Source: Candidatus Latescibacterota bacterium (lineage in GTDB: Bacteria; Latescibacterota; UBA2968). Taken from it: a DNA stretch of 64,000 bases. Made by a program: the position numbers and the translations under genes. The notes beneath the pieces were generated by a model. The model ran no database searches and was not told where the DNA came from. It was given only the letters and a program-made list of their open reading frames with translations. This document shows positions 1 through 8,716 of this stretch, in pieces; the stretch's first letter is position 1, and the number at the start of each line of letters is the position of its first letter. The stretch is taken from contig OZ242320.1 in assembly GCA_965208125.1 (NCBI GenBank), forward strand, positions 4,416,001 through 4,480,000. Reading direction: 5' to 3'.

Positions 1-257
1 TCGGAGGGTGCGCCAACGTGTACTACTACTCGTCCACGTCCTTTTGATGCTTTGACGGCAATTTCTGTGGCCAACTTGCGTTCGGCAATTGTCATCAAAT
101 AGCCTTCGCCCGTGTTGCCTGCCACGTACACGCCGTGCGATCCCTGTTCGTAAATACGCGCTATGAGTTTTTCGAAGGCTGAGGTGCTGAATGTACCTGT
201 CCCATCCCTGGGGCTGACCAGTGCGGGATACATGCCCTTAAAACCGTCGAGTATCAC
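1..257 (-). CDS. Dihydrodipicolinate synthase / N-acetylneuraminate lyase family protein (5' part; runs off the window start)
   Basis: Not in ORF track. Manual translation from GTG at 257 (GTGA overlap with upstream stop): VILDGFKGMYPALVSP...GSHGVYVAGNTGEG...GRVVVHVGA, containing the DHDPS-family GxTGE motif. Confidence 0.85.
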   Translation of the reverse strand, partial: MILDGFKGMYPALVSPRDGTGTFSTSAFEKLIARIYEQGSHGVYVAGNTGEGYLMTIAERKLATEIAVKASKGRGRVVVHVGAPS

Positions 258-1261
258 AGGGCGCCTCCTGTTTTTTCGTAGAGCGCGCGGGATAGTGATT
301 CGATTTGTGTGCGTTCAACCAGTGTTTCTATGAGATGTTGCGGCAAACCCGCTGTTCCGTGATACAGCCCGCTCAATGTGCCGGCAATGGCTGCAAATGT
401 ATCTACATCTCCACCCGTGAGCAGCGCGCGTTCAACCGTGGGAATAAATTCTCCTTCTGAGCGCAAAAATGCCTCTAAAGCTACGACGATCGTGGCCTGG
501 GCTTCGCTCGGGATGGCATTTTCTCGCGCAGCTTCGGGCATTTTTACCATGGTTGCCCACGCATCTTCTTCGTTCATTGTCAGCAATGTCCCCACCTGTG
601 CGATCAACTCGCCTGTGGATTCGCAAATCGGTCTGGCCGACCACTCGGCTACGTCCAGCACCTCATTCCCATCCAGCGGGCGATGTGTTACCAGATGCCC
701 CACCACATGGGCCATTGCGACTGCAGGTGCAACTGCGCGTGGGTCCTGGTGCGTCACATGGCTCGCTGCAATTGCATCTTCCAGGATATTTTCACCGGTT
801 GCCCAGTGCCACAAGCCCACTGGCGCGATTTTCATAACTGCCCCATTGGAGGGGTGGTCTTTCGATGCGGCATCGGACCACGCCAGACCCTGATCAAGGC
901 GTTCCAGAGTCTCCTTAAAAGCCCTGCCATACATTTGCAGGAGTCCCTCGCGCCACATCGCCAAAAATCGATTGCTCAGGTCTTCGGGATCTACCTTTTC
1001 ACACGCTATAATTGACTCAACCAAGACGAGGGTCTGCTGGGTATCGTCTGTGTATTCTCCTGCTGGTCGGGTCACTACGCCTTCCCGATTGACCCGCCCT
1101 CGATAGTGGTCTGTCAATCCCTCTACCGCTTTGATCCGACCCCGGTCCCATCCCTCGCAAAAACAGCCCAGGGAATCGCCTATTGCGCCGCCCAGTAGCG
1201 CGCCTACAAACATATCCTCAACCTCGATGTCCTCTATTTCGGCTTCCCAATAATCAGCCAT
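254..1261 (-). CDS. ADP-ribosylglycohydrolase (DraG/ARH) family protein
   Basis: Motifs GAIGDSLG, YTDDTQ, SNGAVMKIAP, VTH, GGDVDTFAAIAG. Confidence 0.9.
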   Translation of the reverse strand: MADYWEAEIEDIEVEDMFVGALLGGAIGDSLGCFCEGWDRGRIKAVEGLTDHYRGRVNREGVVTRPAGEYTDDTQQTLVLVESIIACEKVDPEDLSNRFLAMWREGLLQMYGRAFKETLERLDQGLAWSDAASKDHPSNGAVMKIAPVGLWHWATGENILEDAIAASHVTHQDPRAVAPAVAMAHVVGHLVTHRPLDGNEVLDVAEWSARPICESTGELIAQVGTLLTMNEEDAWATMVKMPEAARENAIPSEAQATIVVALEAFLRSEGEFIPTVERALLTGGDVDTFAAIAGTLSGLYHGTAGLPQHLIETLVERTQIESLSRALYEKTGGAL

Positions 1262-1304
1262 AATTCAAACCTCAAGTTTAATCGGTGAAAAAATACAAGA
1301 GCCT

Positions 1305-2303
1305 CTATTGTGCATCTACGATATTGCGAAATGCTCGAATGTGCTCGGGTGTTGTGCCGCAACATCCGCCTATCAAGAATCCACCGGCGTCCAATAAGTC
1401 TTCGACGTGTTGGGCCATGTCTTCTGGTCCTTGCGAATACGATGCCTGTTTGGTGACTTTGTCCAGGGTGGGTAAGCCCGCATTGGGATAGGCCATCAAG
1501 CGCTTGTTTTCAATGCCGCGATCCCCAAGTGCTTTTTGCATCTGCACTGTGCCCTCAATTGCATAGGGCATGCCCGTGTGATCTGTATTGCGCGTTTCTG
1601 CGCCACAGTTCAAGCCCAGGAGTTGCACATCGCCGAGTAGATTATCGCCGTCTGAAAATTCGCCACTTGCCAAAATGTCCAGTAGGTCGCTGGGTGAAAC
1701 CCCCCAGTCCGTGCGATAGATCAATTCGCCCGTTTTGCGATCCTTTGTGAATTTATACGTCATATTCACGGCGATGGGTAAGCCCGTTTGCCGTGCAATG
1801 TCAACGGCGATTGCCGCTTCTTTGGCGGAAAATTGCGTTTCTATGACAAAAAAATCGACGCCGCCTTTGACCATGGCAGAGATCACGCGCTCGTGGGCCG
1901 ATCGCACATCTACATTGGGGATGCCAAAAACCGTATCGCCGGCATCGGCTTCGATAGCACCGGGGGAGGGACCGATGGAGCCACCCACATAAACATCCTT
2001 TCCGCTTTCTTCAACAGCTTGCCGCGCGTGTTGGACAGCCAATTCTGTCAAGCGCTCGGCATCATCTTCATCGGCGTCGGCCATCTCGAGATGCAGGGGT
2101 GATACCACAAATGTGTTCGTGCCGATGGCGTTTGCACCCGCATCGATATACGCGCGATGCACTGCTACAACCTCGTCGGGATGCGATAGATTGGCGATGG
2201 AACTGTTTGCCAGATTTACCCCGTGTGCAAATAATTGAGATCCAAACCCGCCGTCGTACACCATAGGTTGATCGTCTGCGAGGCGTTCTGCAAAAGACTT
2301 CAT
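1305..2303 (-). CDS. Stand-alone homocysteine S-methyltransferase family protein (MetH/BHMT-type Hcy-binding barrel)
   Basis: DGGFGSQL, HRAYIDAGA..IGTNTF, GGSIGP, Zn ligands GLNC and GGCCGTTPEHI, YPNAGLP. Confidence 0.9.
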   Translation of the reverse strand: MKSFAERLADDQPMVYDGGFGSQLFAHGVNLANSSIANLSHPDEVVAVHRAYIDAGANAIGTNTFVVSPLHLEMADADEDDAERLTELAVQHARQAVEESGKDVYVGGSIGPSPGAIEADAGDTVFGIPNVDVRSAHERVISAMVKGGVDFFVIETQFSAKEAAIAVDIARQTGLPIAVNMTYKFTKDRKTGELIYRTDWGVSPSDLLDILASGEFSDGDNLLGDVQLLGLNCGAETRNTDHTGMPYAIEGTVQMQKALGDRGIENKRLMAYPNAGLPTLDKVTKQASYSQGPEDMAQHVEDLLDAGGFLIGGCCGTTPEHIRAFRNIVDAQ

Positions 2304-4228
2304 ACTGTCATCCTTTTAAACTGACACCCTTCGACAAATACGTCAAAAAAGTCTGGCTTTGTCTCCAGTTCCACATGCTCAATCCGTTTCACAAGGTGCT
2401 CTAACTCATCGCGTCGTTTCCGCGAGAGGAGGGTTGTTCTCGCGCCCAATATCGCGGCATTTCCCACCTTTTCGATACGCTCTTTTGGCACAGGTGCGAG
2501 AAAACCAATATCAATCGCATTTTGCACATTTACGTAATTGGCAAAACCGCCGGATAGATAAAGCCGATGGATCTGATCGGGGGCGATGCCAAACTCGCGC
2601 ATGACAAGTAACTGCCCACAATAATTTGCGGCCTTGGCCTGAGCCAGATTGCTTGCGTCTTCACGCGACAGCGCAATGCCGTGTTCGGGCACCACCATCA
2701 TTTCATATTGTTTGCGGTCGGCAAATACGCCCTTTTCCGTCATCAAATCATGCCGCCCAAGCTCGGCCAACAAATCGATCAGGCCAGAGCCGCACAATCC
2801 CTGAGGGGCGCCGCCGCCAATTACGCGATAATTGAACTGACCATTTTTCCATACCATCGATTCAATCGCCCCATCTTGCCCGGGCATGCCACAGGCGATG
2901 CCGCCGCCTTCAAATGCCGGTCCCGCCGGACAAGATGCTGCGACCAACCGGTCTCGATTACCCACGACGACCTCGGTATTGGTGCCCACATCGACAAGCA
3001 TAAATATCTCGTCTTGGTCACCCATTTCTACGGCCAGCATGTCCGCCGCGACATCGCCGCCTACATGGCTTGCAATAAGGGGCATGCCATATACCCGCGC
3101 TTTGGGATTTGCGCGAATGCCCAACCGCCTGCTGCTTTCATAAAGGGCGGTTGTTTTTCGCTCTCCGGTCAGATATTCGTGTTCTATTTGAGATTTATAG
3201 GGCTTTTGCCCGATACTCTGCACATCGAGCCTGAAGAACATATCCCGCATGGTGGCATTGCCAGCGACGACAATTTCGTAAATTTCTTGTCGCTCAAACT
3301 CCAATTTTTCACATAGTACGAGAATTTCGTGGTTGATCGCATTTACCAGTGCCTTCCACAGTTCATTTGGATATTCGCCATCATAGGAAATGCGATACAT
3401 GATATCGCTGCCGCCAAAGCGCTGGGGATTTTCGTAAGATGCAATTGCAATACTTTCGCCAGATTCCAGATCTACGAGATCCATCACAATTGTCGTGGTG
3501 CCCACATCAATTGCCAGTCCGTAGATGTGTCCCCGAAACCGATCGATGTCTTCTCCGTCATAGAATACCCGGTCTCCGTTACGCGTTACCACGGGATCGA
3601 GATCGATTTCTTTTTTTTGGCTCAAGGTCAAAATTTGAGGCGCGCGGCGCAGGGGCACAAATTCAACTTCTGCATTCAGATCTACGACTTCGGCCTGACA
3701 CGCCAGGCGGTAATTGTCTTTTAAGAAGGCTTCAGCTTCGGTTTTGGGGCACAGGCTCTCTTCACCTTTTGCAATTTCTACCACGCATTCATGGCATATC
3801 CCCGACCGGAAACACGATGTTGGAACCTGAACGGCCAGATCATCGGCATAATCAAATATTGTCTTTCGCGCTTCGAGTTGTTGCACCTTGCCCATGTGTG
3901 TAATTGTGCCCGTTCCCTTTTTTCGACGACGGTTTTTTTGTTTTTTGAGCGTGGTCTTCATCTCACGATAGGCATTTGGCTCTGTTTCCCAGGCTGTGCG
4001 ATAGTCGAGGTTATCGTTGCTGGCACATTGAAAAAGCGCCCGGTTGGGCGCTGGTTTACGCTGAAATTTACATCCGAATTTGGCGGTGCATTCGTCATCC
4101 TTGTTTTTGTAGGGACAGCGCATTTGCGCCTGTTCGTCGGCATGCTGGACAATATCTGAAAAAATTTCAGACATGCGATCCAGCCGCTTTTGATAGGCTT
4201 CTCGATCTATTTTTTCACGCTCACTCAT
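2300..4228 (-). CDS. ATP-dependent reductive activator of corrinoid proteins (RACo/RamA; ASKHA/DUF4445) with 2Fe-2S domain and an extra Cys-rich N-terminal module
   Basis: 2Fe-2S motif CFRSGICHEC...RLAC; ASKHA motifs AIDVGTTT, NPQRFGGSD, DVGTNTE, SCPAGPAFEG, GLCGSG, LSGGFANY. Confidence 0.9.
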   Translation of the reverse strand: MSEREKIDREAYQKRLDRMSEIFSDIVQHADEQAQMRCPYKNKDDECTAKFGCKFQRKPAPNRALFQCASNDNLDYRTAWETEPNAYREMKTTLKKQKNRRRKKGTGTITHMGKVQQLEARKTIFDYADDLAVQVPTSCFRSGICHECVVEIAKGEESLCPKTEAEAFLKDNYRLACQAEVVDLNAEVEFVPLRRAPQILTLSQKKEIDLDPVVTRNGDRVFYDGEDIDRFRGHIYGLAIDVGTTTIVMDLVDLESGESIAIASYENPQRFGGSDIMYRISYDGEYPNELWKALVNAINHEILVLCEKLEFERQEIYEIVVAGNATMRDMFFRLDVQSIGQKPYKSQIEHEYLTGERKTTALYESSRRLGIRANPKARVYGMPLIASHVGGDVAADMLAVEMGDQDEIFMLVDVGTNTEVVVGNRDRLVAASCPAGPAFEGGGIACGMPGQDGAIESMVWKNGQFNYRVIGGGAPQGLCGSGLIDLLAELGRHDLMTEKGVFADRKQYEMMVVPEHGIALSREDASNLAQAKAANYCGQLLVMREFGIAPDQIHRLYLSGGFANYVNVQNAIDIGFLAPVPKERIEKVGNAAILGARTTLLSRKRRDELEHLVKRIEHVELETKPDFFDVFVEGCQFKRMTV

Positions 4229-4982
4229 TCTCCTCCTCCCACTCCTTCAACAATTGTACAGCCAGTTCCACGCAGTCCAGGGCGTTTTCACCGTATCCAT
4301 CCGCACCCATGTCGTCGGCAAATTCCTGTGTTACAGGGGCACCACCCACCATAATTTTTACATCGTCTCGCAAGTCTTCGTCGATAAATGCCTCAATTGT
4401 CTTGCCCATATTCGGCATTGTCGTGGTCAATAGTGCCGACATGCCGAGCAAATTGGCTTCGTGTTCTTCGACGGCATCCATAAATTCGTCTTCGGATGTA
4501 TCCACGCCGAGGTCGTGGACGACAAACCCGGCACCGCGCAACATCATGATACACAAATTTTTGCCAATATCGTGCAAATCGCCTTTCACCGTGCCCATAA
4601 TGACCGTACCTACTGGCTCGACGCCCGAGGCTGACAGGATGGGTTCAATATGCGCCATCCCCGCTTTCATCGCGCGGGCACAGGCGAGGACTTCAGGTAC
4701 AAAAATAAAATTCTCTCTAAACTTAATTCCCACAATGCCCATGCCAGCGATCAATCCATCGTCCATAATTTCCAGCGCACCCACGCCTGCATTCAGGGCT
4801 TCGCGCGTCAATTGATCGACATCGTGATGCGCGCCATCGATCAATGCGGCGGCGATTGCCTGCATCTCGGGACTTGCATTTGCGAACAGGTCGATATTGC
4901 GTTGGATCTCATCGGGGCGTTCTAAAAATTCTTCTATTTCCTCTTTGATAAACTCATTTTGAATATCGGATAATTCAGCCAT
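4221..4982 (-). CDS. Corrinoid (B12-binding) methyl-carrier protein, MtbC/MttC-like
   Basis: Cap domain (GM..VG.KF...FVPEV) and base-off/His-on motif GTVKGDLHDIGKN...SALLTTT...MVGGAP. Confidence 0.93.
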   Translation of the reverse strand: MAELSDIQNEFIKEEIEEFLERPDEIQRNIDLFANASPEMQAIAAALIDGAHHDVDQLTREALNAGVGALEIMDDGLIAGMGIVGIKFRENFIFVPEVLACARAMKAGMAHIEPILSASGVEPVGTVIMGTVKGDLHDIGKNLCIMMLRGAGFVVHDLGVDTSEDEFMDAVEEHEANLLGMSALLTTTMPNMGKTIEAFIDEDLRDDVKIMVGGAPVTQEFADDMGADGYGENALDCVELAVQLLKEWEEENE

Positions 4983-6027
4983 GAACGCTCACTGCCTCCG
5001 CATGCCAATCCACGACCGCTTTTGGGATTTCTTTCAGGTTTTCGATGGATGTCTGCAATGGAATCGCACATTCAGGCCCCACCAGATGTACTCCTGCATT
5101 CAGGTTTTTATACACTTCTTCTTTTACGGTTTCAGGCTCTTTTGAAAATAGCGTTTCCGGATTATTGATATTGCCGACCAGCGCGATTCGCTCTTTCATG
5201 ATATCAATAGATTCATTTGGATCGTTTTTGGAGTCGTAGTGAAATGCCGCCATGCCCGTTTGCGCGATGTATTCCATCCGATCAACGGTGCGCCCGCATA
5301 TATGCAAAATCAGTGGAATGGGTATGCGGTCGGCAAATTCGATGTGCAATTCGCGCAAATACCGGTCGTAATAATCGCCGCTGACCAGATCGCCTGTTGC
5401 GTGATCGGGCAGGGTCAAGGCATCGGCGCCTGCTTCGATTTGCGCTACGCCAAATTCGACGGTTACTTCTTTTAATTTGTCCAGAATTTGCCGTGTGTGA
5501 TCCGGGTCGTCCAGTGATAGGAGCAAAAAATCCTCTACGCCAAAGCAGTGATACGCGAGAGACCAGGGTCCCATTGTTTTGCCGATAATCGCCACTTCGT
5601 CGCCGTATTCTTTTCGCAATATGCCAATCGCGTCCAGCACGCATTTTGTATCGGGATGGGTCAATAAGTTAGACGGGATCTCGATATCATCTACCTTGTG
5701 CCAGATCGGTTCTTTCATTTTTACTGTTGGCCAGTTGTCTTTTTGTTCCCACTGAATTTTGCATCCGAGTGCGGACGATTCTTGAATAATTGTAAATACG
5801 GGCATGATGGTGTCAAAACCGAGTTCGGTATAGCCCGTTGCCGCCAGGCGTGCCATGAGTTCTGGCTCGCGATTCGCCTGCGGAAATGGCGCATCGACGA
5901 GATCCATCAATTCTACGGTTGCAACCGAAGTCGGGTTACAGGTTGGTGTGCGATCCACAGGTGCCCGATTGAGTGCGGCCAATACGCGATCGCGCGGTTT
6001 CATTGGTTTTATTGTCTGGTCGTGCAT
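4975..6027 (-). CDS. MtaA/CmuA family methyltransferase (uroporphyrinogen decarboxylase fold)
   Basis: RDRVLAAL..., GPWSLA, AQIEAGAD, Zn motif LHICG...GPECAIP, LVGNIN. Confidence 0.88.
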   Translation of the reverse strand: MHDQTIKPMKPRDRVLAALNRAPVDRTPTCNPTSVATVELMDLVDAPFPQANREPELMARLAATGYTELGFDTIMPVFTIIQESSALGCKIQWEQKDNWPTVKMKEPIWHKVDDIEIPSNLLTHPDTKCVLDAIGILRKEYGDEVAIIGKTMGPWSLAYHCFGVEDFLLLSLDDPDHTRQILDKLKEVTVEFGVAQIEAGADALTLPDHATGDLVSGDYYDRYLRELHIEFADRIPIPLILHICGRTVDRMEYIAQTGMAAFHYDSKNDPNESIDIMKERIALVGNINNPETLFSKEPETVKEEVYKNLNAGVHLVGPECAIPLQTSIENLKEIPKAVVDWHAEAVSVHG

Positions 6028-6042
6028 ACGTGACTCCAGTTT

Positions 6043-6672
6043 CTAATTCTGCGCGCTCGGGGCTGCGAGTACGCCCCGGCTGGCAGCCTGTTCCAATTCT
6101 CGCATGACGGATCGCACATTGGGGGCGCGTACGAGAAGGACACCTATGAGGGGATCGTGCGTAATACCGCAATCAAAGCGCACCTGATCTTCTTCCACTT
6201 GTTCCAATTCGCCCAGTTTTGCAAGCCCTCCGGCTACCAATCGAATGCGCCGGTCTGCGCCTTTTTCATCGCTGTCAGCCGTGATTTTGTACGCGCCATT
6301 AGATTGGGGCGTTGCGGAAATATGCAATCCCGATTTTTTGTCCAGAATGGTCAACGGACGCATAGATACATCGTCATTCATGCCGAGTTTGCACGCTTCC
6401 AAAAATAGTCGCTTCACAGATAGCAGGTGTGTGGTTCCGCACGCAAAGCGCAGCAATCCCTCACCTGTGTCTTCCATTCCCCCCAGGACCCGCATCGCGT
6501 GGTTTACGGAGTCAATTCGCGCTTGCGCCCCGTCTATCTGGCTATATGTGTGAACGCGAAAAGTTGTACCCTGCGCGTTTTCTTGGCGATATAGCCCTAT
6601 TGTGATGTCGTGAAAATGGACATCCATTGGCACCAATTCGATTCGCCGACCTATGTCTAATGTCTGTCCCAT
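6043..6672 (-). CDS. Conserved hypothetical protein heading the corrinoid cluster; internal duplication with two RFxCGxxH motifs
   Basis: Co-oriented, 15 bp from the MtaA-like gene; LRFACGTTH and VRFDCGITH. Confidence 0.75.
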   Translation of the reverse strand: MGQTLDIGRRIELVPMDVHFHDITIGLYRQENAQGTTFRVHTYSQIDGAQARIDSVNHAMRVLGGMEDTGEGLLRFACGTTHLLSVKRLFLEACKLGMNDDVSMRPLTILDKKSGLHISATPQSNGAYKITADSDEKGADRRIRLVAGGLAKLGELEQVEEDQVRFDCGITHDPLIGVLLVRAPNVRSVMRELEQAASRGVLAAPSAQN

Positions 6673-7550
6673 GAGTATTCTTCCCCTTGCCTGTCAAGCA
6701 CATATCGACGCACGGCTTTGGCAAATCCATCGTTTTCAATGTGGTCGGTTTGTAGAATATTTTCCCCGGCCACTGCGCGATGGGTTGCCGCATCTGCATT
6801 GTGCATTAACACACCGGTTCCGGCTGCGCGCAACATGGGGAGATCATTATTGCCATCGCCCACAGCCATCACTTCATCGAGGCTGCTGCCAATGTGGTTG
6901 GCTATCGCTGTGAGTGCCGCGCCTTTGTTCACATCCGGGTGCATGATTTCGATGCGACCCGCCACAGCCCATGCCATGTAAATTTGATCGCCAAATAGGT
7001 CTTTTAATTCTTCAACCGTCTCATCGGCATGCCCAGGTTTGGGCAAGAGCATTATTTTGGGGGGCGAGGCCAATTCTTTTGCGCGTATTCGTTGCGCGAG
7101 GTCGGCATCGACTTCATAGACCATATTGGTCATTGTGGCTACCGCGCGGCTCATTTTTGTCGTGCGGTCGGTGATATAAACTTCGCAGGGGCCTTCGCTA
7201 TTCATGTCGCAGCGACAATATACAAAATTCATGAGCCTGTCATTGGCATATTGGATCAGCGATAAAAATATGTCATCGGGCAAACGCTGTTCGTGCATGA
7301 GTTGGCGTGTGCCATTCTTTTTGGGTGCAAAAACCATCGCGCCATTATAACATCCGGCGTAGAGCGCGTCGGCCACGCTGGGATTGCGTACAAATGGAAT
7401 TTGATTGCGTTCGAAATTGCGCCCACTCATAGACGCTACAGCCACGCCGCGATCCAATAATTCGCAAATCGCCGCCATCGAAGCATCCGATGGGGTGTTG
7501 TTGTGATTTAAGATCGTTCCATCCAGATCAAATGCCACAAGTCTGATCAC
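6657..7550 (-). CDS. Cof-type HAD-IIB hydrolase
   Basis: AFDLDGT, SGR, YNGA, VNKG, GDGNNDLPM; GTG start at 7550 with AGGAG RBS preferred over 7568. Confidence 0.9.
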   Translation of the reverse strand: MIRLVAFDLDGTILNHNNTPSDASMAAICELLDRGVAVASMSGRNFERNQIPFVRNPSVADALYAGCYNGAMVFAPKKNGTRQLMHEQRLPDDIFLSLIQYANDRLMNFVYCRCDMNSEGPCEVYITDRTTKMSRAVATMTNMVYEVDADLAQRIRAKELASPPKIMLLPKPGHADETVEELKDLFGDQIYMAWAVAGRIEIMHPDVNKGAALTAIANHIGSSLDEVMAVGDGNNDLPMLRAAGTGVLMHNADAATHRAVAGENILQTDHIENDGFAKAVRRYVLDRQGEEYSWDRH

Positions 7551-7560
7551 TGCATCTCCT

Positions 7561-8598
7561 CTAATCAACCAGAGGCAACCGAACGGTTCCGCCGCGCTCT
7601 GCCGAGCGGTGAACCGCTTCGGTAAATTCCATATATCTCATGCCTTCGTAAAAGCTGGTATCGCCCTGAGGCCCACCCTTGATGGCATTGATGAAATCGG
7701 CTTCGACAGCCCATTCGGCGGCTTCATCTTCGGGGATGGGTATTTCTTGCGGTCGTCGATCACCCGTTTTTGCACCGCGAATTTGCGTTCCCATGTCGTA
7801 GGTCAATGTGCCGTCACTGCCATAAGCTTCCACGACGGAGCTTCCGCCAAATTGCGCGACGCCCGAAAACAGAAATGCCGCACGCGCACCATTTTCCATT
7901 TTGCCTATGATATGCGCCATATCAGGTGTTTCAACCGGTCCAGTGCCAGACCCATCGGGTAGTGGTCGCTCTCTGGTAAAAATGTCAGTTTCAGCCGTTA
8001 TGGTTGACATATAGCCAAATACGCGCGCTACGCGCTCAATGGTAATGCCCATTCCCAGGATATTCAGCCCCGAATACCGGCCCATTTGTCGCCAGTGCAA
8101 TGGCTCTTCAGTATCCCAATAGCGCCCACCCAGATCGCGGACATAGACGTGGAAGATATCGCCCAAATACCCTTCATCTATGAGCCGCCGCAAGAAACGC
8201 CCACCTTTCCACGGCGGTGCTGGACAAATTTGGGTTACGAGATTTGTTTCTCGACTTCTGGCATACATCAATCGGGCTTCTCGCAAGTTCATCGCCATGC
8301 GCGCCTGTACAAAGGTGTGTTTGCCCGCGTCTAAGGATGCGAGGACGAATTCACAGTGTTTGTACGGCCAGGTGCCGATCATTACGGCGTCGATGTCGTC
8401 CCGGTGTAACAGGGCCTGTGGGTCTGTCATGGCTTCGGCTGATAAGTCCTGCTCAGCTATTACTTTTTCGCCGCTTTCTATACTGCGGTTGCATATTGCC
8501 ACGACTTCGGCATCGTCAATTTTTGCCAGTCCCGGAAAATGCCGGCTCCGAAAAATACCACCCGCACCAATAATGCCAATGCGAATTTTATCTGCCAT
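7561..8598 (-). CDS. Gfo/Idh/MocA family oxidoreductase
   Basis: IGIIGAGG Rossmann motif, IDAVMIGTWP..H, GKH; close paralog of 12197-13246. Confidence 0.9.
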   Translation of the reverse strand: MADKIRIGIIGAGGIFRSRHFPGLAKIDDAEVVAICNRSIESGEKVIAEQDLSAEAMTDPQALLHRDDIDAVMIGTWPYKHCEFVLASLDAGKHTFVQARMAMNLREARLMYARSRETNLVTQICPAPPWKGGRFLRRLIDEGYLGDIFHVYVRDLGGRYWDTEEPLHWRQMGRYSGLNILGMGITIERVARVFGYMSTITAETDIFTRERPLPDGSGTGPVETPDMAHIIGKMENGARAAFLFSGVAQFGGSSVVEAYGSDGTLTYDMGTQIRGAKTGDRRPQEIPIPEDEAAEWAVEADFINAIKGGPQGDTSFYEGMRYMEFTEAVHRSAERGGTVRLPLVD

Positions 8599-8716
8599 TT
8601 TTTACCTCATTATGTTGTCGTTGTTATTCTTTCCAATGTTAAGGGGATAGAACTACATGCGAATGTATCATAGTTTTTGTCAATTAGCAAATAAATCGGC
8701 CACGGCAGCGCTGCCA

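Noticed and set aside
1305-6027. Pyrrolysine- or selenocysteine-containing methylamine methyltransferase system
   Set aside because: All ORFs are uninterrupted; no MttB/MtmB-like gene or in-frame stop was seen
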